Below are positions 53,985 through 64,000 of a stretch of 64,000 bases of DNA, piece by piece (position 1 is the first letter of the stretch; each line of letters starts with the position of its first letter). The position numbers were made by a program, and so were the translations under genes. The DNA comes from the human T2T-CHM13v2.0 reference genome, Homo sapiens. The stretch lies in assembly GCF_009914755.1 (NCBI RefSeq), contig NC_060930.1; one strand, 5' to 3'. Below the pieces are notes generated by a model, which worked only from the letters and a program-made list of their open reading frames with translations, made no database searches and was not told the DNA's origin.

Positions 53985-55053
53985 ATTTTTATTCAGAGGG
54001 TAGCGTGTTGGTGTATTTTTATTCAGAGGGTAGCGTGTTGGTGTATTTTTATTCAGAGGGTAGCGTGTTGATGTATTTTATTCAGAGGGTAGCGTGTTGA
54101 TGTATTTTTATTCAGAGGGTAGCGTGTTGATGTATTTTTATTCAGAGGGTAGCGTGTTGGTGTATTTTTATTCAGAGGGTAGCGTGTTGGTGTATTTTTA
54201 TTCAGAGGGTAGCGTGTTGATGTATTTTTATTCAGAGGGTAGCGTGTTGCTGTATTTTTATTCGAAGGGTAGCGTGTTGGTGTATTTTATTCAGAGGGTA
54301 GCATGTTGGTGTATTTTTATTCAGAGGGTAGCGTGTTGATGTATTTTTATTCAGAGGGTAGCATGTTGGTGTATTTTTATTCAGAGGGTAGCGTGTTGGT
54401 GTATTTTTATTCAGAGGGTAGGGTGTTGCTGTATTTTTATTCAGAGGGTAGCGTGTTGGTGTATTTTTATTCAGAGGGTAGCGTGTTGGTGTATTTTTAT
54501 TCAGAGGGTAGCGTGTTGTATTTTTATTCAGAGGGTAGGGTGTTGCTGTATTTTTATTCAGAGGTTAGCGTGTTGATGTATTTTTATTCGAAGGGTAGCG
54601 TGTTGGTGTATTTTTATTCAGAGGGTAGGGTGTGGATGTATTTTTATTCAGAGGGTAGGGTGTTGCTGTATTTTTATTCAGAGGGTAGCGTGTTGATGTA
54701 TTTTTATTCAGAGGGTAGCGTGTTGCTGTATTTTTATTCGGAGGGTAGCGTGTTGCTGTATTTTTATTCGGAGGGTAGCATGTTGCTGTATTTTGATTCA
54801 GAGGGTAGCGTGTTGGTGTATTTTATTCGGAGGGTAGCGTGTTGGTGTATTTTTATTCAGAGGGTAGCGTGTTGGTGTATTTTTATTCGGAGGGTAGCGT
54901 GTTGGTGTATTTTTATTCAGAGGGTAGCGTGTTGGTGTATTTTTATTCGGAGGGTAGCGTGTTGGTGTATTTTTATTCAGAGGGTAGCGTGTTGGTGTAT
55001 TTTTATTCAGAGGGTAGCGTGTTGCTGTGTTTTTACTCAGAGGGTAGCGTGCT
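53985..55053. repeat. Minisatellite, 30-bp unit x about 35
   Basis: TTTTTATTCAGAGGGTAGCGTGTTG(G/A/C)TGTA, highly homogeneous. Confidence 0.98.
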
Positions 55054-55207
55054 GTGTGCACATGCTGGCTTGTGAAAGGCTGTAATGACACCGCCTTGTC
55101 AAACAATCATAAATGACTTCACTGAACACGACCTTTTTGCACCAACCCCTACTGGAGCCAAAATGTATATAAAATATTTTTATTTTATGCTAATTCAAAC
55201 GTGGGCC

Positions 55208-55321
55208 TGTTGTGCCCAGATGTGGACTACACTCGCAGCAGCGCTAGCTTGGCATTTGGGAAGTGTTGTGCCCAGATGTGGACTACACTCACAGCGGCGC
55301 TAGCTTGGCATTTGGGAAGTG
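55208..55321. repeat. 56-bp direct tandem duplication
   Basis: TGTTGTGCCCAGATGTGGACTACACTC...GCTAGCTTGGCATTTGGGAAG at 55208 and 55264, two substitutions. Confidence 0.95.
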
Positions 55322-55696
55322 AGATGACAGCAGCGTCCTTCTTTCAGATCTACTCGTTGACACAAGACTTCCTCCTTACTTACTTAACACTCTCATTCAT
55401 TTTCATGAGACTTTTTGGCCTGTTTCTGAAATGTCACCTCCTACCCCGGCCAATTACAAAGGTTTACACATGTTCATTTAAAATCTATGGAAAATAAAGA
55501 CAGTATAAAGAAGAAAATAAACACAACCTGTAAAAAGCACTATCAACATTATGGTATACTGTTTCCCTCACTATCAAAATCTATTAGATTTCCGAATCCT
55601 TTTTCACCTACGTGCAAAATAATAAAATTGAATGAAATTTAATCGATTTGGTTCCTTGAACTTGGAGAAGAGTTTGGATAAATAATACCTATATAG

Positions 55697-56005
<309 letters not shown>

Positions 56006-56234
56006 TTACTATGTAGCTCTATGCAGATGCTGATGGCTAGAAGGCTAAACAATAAATAGATATTATTGAGAAAATAATGTATTTTTACATAACAAGCCTC
56101 ATATTTTTCAGTAGGTAAGGTCATTTAGGTTAGACAAAAGAAAGTTTTGGCTTCTCTTGCCAGTATCTACTTTCTCATAATTTCTAAGCGTGAACCTATA
56201 TATTTTTTGATGTGATGTTCTGAAAATAAATCTA

Positions 56235-56645
<411 letters not shown>

Positions 56646-57720
56646 CTAAAGTCAAAGCTAATTATTTTGTGCATAACAGAAATCAGTATTAGCTGTTCAA
56701 ACACACACACATTTTTTATTGTTATGACCAAAAACAAGATGGCAGGTGAGCCTCATCTCTGCACTAGCAAACAAACTAATTGTTTGCTTTCTTTTGTAGG
56801 CATTAAAGTTTCTTTTTGAATTGCATAAATGAACAAGAAAGCTGGGTCCAGTTTCCTAGAGAGACATCATTCAGGACAGAAATAGGCTCATGAGCACAGG
56901 AAATCTGTGAGCACTTGAACAAGGACAGGCTACTCCAGGGAAAGGACAATGTCTCTACCATGCTTGCTCATGTCTGACCACAGAACCAACATGGATATTT
57001 AAAAGCAGGGAGATCAGGGCAAAGTAAAAGGTAACCATTTGTTTATAAAAGAAAAATCATACTACTTGCGTATGTAATATATGCAAACCCAAAACAGCAT
57101 GTCTAGGAATGCCAAGAATGAAAATCTGAATTTCCCTTTAACAATATCCATTATTTCACAATAGAATCATTATTAACATCTTTCTCTATCTCTCTTTAAT
57201 AGGTAAAGCTCAACGACATGCAATATAACATGTTAAGAAGTGTGTGATGTAATAACCAGACTCTTCAGCAGCAGAAAGCAAAGAGTTCCATAAGAATATT
57301 ACTCTTGGCGGGACTTAGTAGAATAATGTAAGTCCAAGAATCTTGAATTATATACATTGAAATGAGGCAGTATTTCTAGAAGATCTGAGAACTAGTACTT
57401 TTATACCCCCAAAATAAAGAGGAGCACCATTCAAACACTTTTTCCATCTATCTATCCATCATCCAGCACAAATAATTGGAAGAGTATTTGTGAAAGTTTT
57501 CCTCATTCAAGTACCATTCAGTGTAAGCTACCTGTACGTCTGAACCACCAATCCCTGAACGACTGATCCCTGAAGTGAAAGCAGCATGAGTGTAAACATA
57601 CCTGCCTTGGCAAAGGTTTGTATGCCCCCACCTCTAGGTCACACTTTTTCACTGTACGCTTGGCATTTAGAATATCAATGGATACGGGTATTTTCAAGAA
57701 TGTAATGTGTCAGTTCCTAC

Positions 57721-57848
57721 CTCCACATAGTCCTTGGCATGGCCCCAATCTCGTTTGGCATCCAGATTTCCCAAACTGAAACATTCCAGTTGTCCAAGGT
57801 AAATCTTAGCTACTGACCGGCTAATTTTTCGAGTAACGAAATTAGCTC
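57721..57848 (-). CDS. GMDS: GDP-mannose 4,6-dehydratase, internal coding exon (exon 7 by recalled numbering), 128 nt, phase 1 in / phase 0 out
   Basis: Minus strand reads ...gcctctttttAG|GA GCT AAT TTC GTT ACT CGA...GAC TAT GTG GAG|GTaggaa. It translates to (G)[42 protein letters not shown], containing the Gmd-family [17 protein letters not shown] motif. Canonical AG at 57850-57849 and GT at 57720-57719. Confidence 0.98.
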
Positions 57849-60129
57849 CTAAAAAGAGGCAAAAGATGTAGTATCAGTCAAGTGCACTTGACACATTTAA
57901 CAGTTTGGTGAACCAAACCCGATTTCGGCCTCTGGGCATTTCTTTCATTCTACACTCCCAGCCACCCTGTTAAAACAATAAAAGAAAAGAAAAAGAGAAA
58001 AGATCATTAACTGTCATTTAGACAAGTTAAGAAGCCCTAATTCCATGTGTCACATCAGCTCTACTTTCAGAACAAACGTTGTTCTTTGGGGGACATCTTA
58101 ACATTCCTAATTTGTTGCTTCAATATGCAACCCAGGCATTAGGCCAAAGAAAAGCTGTTGGAATGCCAGTTTTTAAACAGAAAATTCAAAAGGGTTGTAT
58201 AAAGGGAAATGCCAGAATGGACGACAGACATCTAAGACCACCCTGATTTTTTTTAAGAACACAAACATCATATATTCCTATTAATAAAGCTACTTTGGGA
58301 CTCATGGGGAGAGAAAGAAACATAGCTTAGTTCACAGGGTAACTAGTTAAAGGAAACAAGAAAGGAATTTATTTAGGCTGCCTTTCTCTTAACAAAATAA
58401 GTGGTGATGGCTCTTATTTAGAAACCTGCACAGCCATCCAAATGATATGATATGGCCCCTGGGCAAAAGTTTCTCTGTACTATACTTAAGGCAATGCCAC
58501 TTTCCAAATTCATTTCAGTGTTATTTACAGAAAGGGCTCCTAAATTTTGTGTAATATTTTGAAATGATTGGTTGAAAGGGGCCATATCTTGATGAAAGCA
58601 CTGAAATTGTTTTAATGTTCTCTGGTCTTTAATGAAAACTCTATCTGCTTTTTCAAAGATCACAAAGTTAAAAGGCACTTCTGAGACAGTTTTACCTTGT
58701 TATCTAGGTAAGGTTATGAGAAAACACCATTTAATACCAAATTCTCAAGGTAATAATACTCATATTAGCTAGTTAATAATGGATTCATACAGTTTAGATA
58801 TGTGAATATCATGATTTATCACATACCAATGACTTTAACTATGTTCTTTTGCAGATGAAGCAGGGAGGCAAATATTATGATCAAAGTGTTTGGCTTCTGG
58901 AGAGCTGGCACAGGGATAAGGGGAATATTTCTAAATAGGTTTTCCAAATTTTGGCAAGAACGTGGCTTAGCGCAAGTTCAAACATACACCAGATTCACTT
59001 ACTCCACAAACTTGATACGTACATTTATACCTACACCATTATCATTAAGAAATACAATGGGACTACCGTGGAAATCCAAATTTTCAATTCCCCTTGTCAA
59101 TTCAGATGGTATGTTAAGAAATACAAAGTTTCAACTTTCCACAGAGGTTTATATAGCACATAGAGGTCCTTCAAAAAAAAGTGCCTTTCGAAATGAAAAA
59201 CTACTTATTAGCCAGTAAGTAATTAGTGGCTAATTAGTAATTTTAAAAATTTTTCTATTGACTTGTAAGAATTAAATTTAGGTTTTTTGATGTTTATCAT
59301 TATTTCAATGTCAGGACTATACTATTTTCTCAAAGTATACTAAGAAACCAATGATGGCAAACTATTAAATGAAGATTCCAACATAAAACATTTCAGATTA
59401 ACCTGTTTACCAGTAAAGTAATGTTTGGGAGTCCAATGGAAGTATTTGACCCTATTCATACAATTTATTGATTCTTTTACCCAGTGTTGACTACGCACCC
59501 ACCAATCACTAAGCACTGAGCTAGGCACTGGGGATCTGGGAGAGAAGCAGCAGCCCCTGCTCTCAGGTATCACAGAGAGGGTCAGGTGGGCCAATAAACC
59601 AGTGCTGAACCTAGTAAAATGCCAGGTCTGCAAGGGGGGAAAGCCTTTGGGGTTGTAGCATGGCTGCCAGGCGCAACGCACGTGAGAAATGCCTACCAGA
59701 AATGGAGCTTGAATGGAGTCTACCAGTGAGGTCATGAAGGGACTCATCAAGCTGTGAGACAGGGTGGTACTCCAGGCAGGAGGAACGGCACTTGCAAAGA
59801 TGAGGAAGGGCCTTTCTCTTCCAACTCTTACCACAACCTTATGATGGTTATGGCACCTCCAATGAGGGCTATCGCTGATAGCACTGTGCTGAGCTCTTTA
59901 GATGGGGTAACTCATTTAATTTTCCGAGCAACCCATGTGCTAATATTACCCCCATTTTGTACATGAAGAAGCTGAGATTCAGGGAAGCTATATAAATTAA
60001 CTATTCTAAAACAGCATTCAAATCGAGAGCTATATGACTACCAAGTTCTTATATTACCAGAACTTTCATGTCGTGCTAGAAAGGTGGATCTTTTCTTATC
60101 TGGTTCCTAAAGTTATCTTGGATAACTAG

Positions 60130-60454
<325 letters not shown>

Positions 60455-60469
60455 CAAAATGTAATTTTA

Positions 60470-62300
60470 ACTATTATTTAGAACAGCTATTTTGAGATAT
60501 AATTCACATAGCATACAATTCATTCATTTAAAGCATATGCTTCAATGGCTTTTCTTATATTCATAGAAATGTACAACCATCATCACAATCAATTTCAGAA
60601 CACTTTCATCATCCCAAAAAGAAACCCTGTATCATTTAGCAGTCACTCACCAGTTTTCTCCTAGTACCCTAGCCCTGGCATACAGATAATCTACCTTTTA
60701 TCTCTAGATTTGCCTATTCTGGACACTTCCTATAAATGGAATTATATTAATGTCTGGTCTTTGTTTCTGGTTTCTTTTAGTTAGCATAACATTTTCAAGG
60801 TTCATCCATACTGTAGCTTGAATCAGTACATTGTTCCTTTTTTATGGCCAAATAATATTCTATTATATGTATATACCAAATTTTATTTAACCGTCCACGA
60901 GATGACTATCTGTGGTGCCTCCATCCTTTGCCTTTTGTGAATAATGCTACCATGAGCGTTCATGCCTTTTTGTGAACGTATGCTTTAATTTCTTTTAGGT
61001 ATATACCTAGGGGTGGAATTGCTGGGTCATATGAGAACTCTGTTTTACCAATTGAGGAACTGTAGACTTTTCCAATGTGGCTGCACCACTTTACATTCCC
61101 ACCAGCAGGGTAACAGGGCTCTGATTTCTTCCCATTCTCCCCAGTACTTGTTATGGTCTGTTAAACTGTAGTCATGCTAGTTGGCACCGAGTGGTATCTT
61201 ATTGTGGTTCCGATGTGTCCTTCTCAATAACTAATCATATGAAGCAACTACCTTTTCATGTGCCTACTGGCCACTTGTATATCAATTTTGGAGACATGTC
61301 TATTCAGATCCTTTGTCCATTTTTAAATCGGATTACTTATCTTTTTATTATAGAGTTGTAAGAATTCTTTATACATTCTGGATCCAAGTCCCTTATCAGC
61401 TATATAATTTGCAAAGATTTTCTCTCATTCTGTAGGCTGACTTTTCACTTTCTTGGTTGTGCTCTCTGAAGCATAAAAGCTTTTTTATCTTTTAATTTTG
61501 ATGAAGTCCAATTTGTCTACATTCGCTTGTGTGGCAGATGCTTTTGGTGTCATATTCGAGAAGGCTTCGTTAATCCAAGGTCATGAAGATTTATTCCTAT
61601 ATATTTTTATGAGTTTTATGGTTTTTCTTCTTACATTTGAATTTTTGATCAATTTTTAGTAAATTTTTATATATGGTGTGATGAAAGGGTCTAACTTCAT
61701 TCATTTGCATGTTGACATCCAGCTGTCTCAGTATTATTTGTTAGAAAGGTTATTTTTCCCATTCAATAGCATTTTCCTCAAAAATCAATTAATTAATGAA
61801 AAATGTGGGAGACAATTTCTGACTTTCAATTCGATTTCATTGATGTACTTACTCTATGTCTATCCTTATGACAGTACCACACAGTCCTGGTTACTGTAGC
61901 TCTGTGGCAAGTTTAAAAATTAGGAAGTATGAGTTCTCCAACTTTGTTCTTTTTTAAGGTTATTTTAGCTATTCTCTGTCCCTTGAATTTCCATATGAAC
62001 TTTAGGATCAGCTTGTTGATTTCTGCAAAAACACCAACAGGGATTCTGAAAGGGATCATGTTGAATCTGTAGATCAAAATGGAGGCTATGCCCATGCTAA
62101 CATTATTGTGCCTTCCGATACATGAATATAGGATGTCTTTCTCCTTTATTTTGGTCTTTTAAAATTTCTTTCAACAATGTTTAATAGTTTTCAGAGAATA
62201 ATTTTTACACTTCTGCTAAATTTGTTCCTAAACACTTTATTCTTTTTTATTTTATTATAAATACAATTGTTTTCTTGATTTCAAGAAAAAGTTTTGGATT
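60470..62300 (-). mobile_element. Old L1M 3' fragment (ORF2 remnant plus 3' UTR)
   Basis: The minus-strand peptide IYRFNMIPFRIP...KLILKFIWK...RIAKITLKKNKVGELILPNF matches L1 ORF2p; L1M 3' UTR motifs present. Confidence 0.9.
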
Positions 62301-64000
62301 AATTTTAAACATTTTTGTAACCACATGTTTTACTACTTAATTCTCAAGAAAGGCTTAAAATGATTTTTTTTTTAAATTTGCTCTCCTCATTTTTACTCCA
62401 TGTTACAGAAGAATGCTCTTTTAAGGAAGAAACTATATAAAAGCATAGAACATGAGGGCTGAGACTATCCCAAGTGAGAGGTGAAGAAAGAGAAACGCAC
62501 AGAGGCTGCACACCTGTCCTGAGTCAGGACAAGTAGCCGAGCCGGACCCAGGCCTGTCTCACTGGCTTTCTAGCCTTGTGCTGTTTTGCTAAGCCACAGT
62601 GCAATGCAGGAGGAATCTCTTCTGCGATGAGATGACCTAAGTGTTTGTGAATTATTATAGCACATGTGGATAATGGAACCCCTATAATTAACTTAAATAC
62701 ATACTTGATTTATAAAGCCTTAAACTATAAGATTCTCGTTAGAAAGAGGACTAAGAAAAGTTAGCTCAATGAATGGAGGGAAAGCCAGCTCTGTTAGTAA
62801 CCAGCTGTGATATCTTACACAAACCATTTAACCACTCTGAAGTCATAGTCTCCTCTGTGTACTACTTGCATATTAACATTTGCCATGCCAAATCACTGGG
62901 TACACTAATGTAGGTTAAATGGCATTTCTTACAGAAATGTAAGAACATCACTATGTCCTTGTTTGTAAAATAAGGATAGTAATAGTACCTAAAAGCTTTG
63001 ATGTTTAAAGGAGAAAATCTAGGTTTTCTGGTTATCAGTAAGTACTCAGTAACTGTTAGACATTATTATAATGATTACATTACAATGTTAATGGTATCTA
63101 CAATTAAGTCTCAATGGAAAGTTAAGATTTCTTAGTTCTTTTATTAATAGATGACTACATCTCTTAATTCTCTGATTTTGAAAGTCTGAGATTGAGGAAA
63201 AATCAAAATAAACAGCCAGGCATGTGGGCCTACACAGGAAGCAATAATAAACATTTCTTGAATGACTTTGGCTTTCAATATTAACTCATTAACCTAGGAA
63301 AGAGAGTATGCAAGTAAAAGTATATCCATAAGACCGAGAACAACTAATAAGGTTTTTAGCCTAAACACTCGTTGGATTGAGATAATGAGTTTTGCCAGCA
63401 TTGATAGAATGAGAACAGAACTTCTGTTCACGCAATGCAGTAGACAACAAAAACTGCCACATTAAAAACCAGTATATGCTGGGTAAAATATTACTATTCC
63501 TATTTTGTTAAATACAAAGCTGAGCCTCAAAGAAATCAAAGAAAATCCCCAGGTGAAGGGGGATCTCCAGAGCACAGATCATGGGTGGGCACTGAGGAGT
63601 CTGGGCTGGAAGTGAAAATGGAAGGCCATCTCATGCCCTGGAAACAGGTTCAGCTTTAATATCTATCTGTGACAAAGGACAAAATTTTCAGGGTAGATTA
63701 CTAGAACCGTGTCTAACACACTATGTTAGTTATGCATAATTCTGCTTGCTACTTTTGTCAGTGCTATTATCTTAAGCAAGTGTTTTAATTTCTCAGTTCT
63801 CTTACCAATAAAATGGGATCACAATCCACACTAAGAATAAAATATCATGCTACAGGAAGCAGTGAAGCAAGGCTCAATGTGAGCAGTGGCAAGAGGGCCA
63901 GCAGGCCTGCATGGACCCTAAGGCAGTCGCTGAAATGGTGCATTGAGACTTGAAGGCTAAGACTACTTAAGAGTAAAGCTCACTCCTTCCATGAACCTAG

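Noticed and set aside
54094-55106. 260-aa and other ORFs with YFYSEGSVL repeats
   Set aside because: Artefact of a stop-free 30-bp unit; broken by 1-nt indels; no gene structure.
61913-62095. ORF resembling a reverse-transcriptase-associated protein
   Set aside because: Decayed L1 ORF2 remnant.

Overview
Primate, almost certainly human, genomic DNA (an AluYa5-lineage insertion is present) lying entirely inside the minus-strand GMDS gene (GDP-mannose 4,6-dehydratase; from recall, 6p25.3 next to FOXC1). The only credible coding sequence is one 128-nt internal exon (57721-57848, minus strand; [42 protein letters not shown]), exon 7 by recalled numbering, which the ORF track misses. Positions 1-57720 are the 5' part of the very long downstream intron and 57849-64000 the 3' end of the upstream intron. 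The introns hold 17 Alus, old L1/L2/MIR fragments, DNA-transposon relics (MER2, MER5A, MER3, MER20, MER44, MER33), MaLR/ERV1 LTRs (two nested structures) and four minisatellites (31, 99, 69 and 30 bp units). The long ORFs in the track are explained by repeats. I see no convincing new protein-coding system. The most interesting signals are RNA-processing hypotheses around exon 7: a candidate recursive splice site with an RS-exon, a competing upstream poison acceptor with a palindrome over the branch region, inverted Alus bracketing the exon, and a VNTR carrying more than 30 sense-strand AATAAA. Several legible DNA-repair and integration fossils and candidate enhancer clusters are also present. 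Repeat subfamily names come from recalled consensus sequences, not a search.
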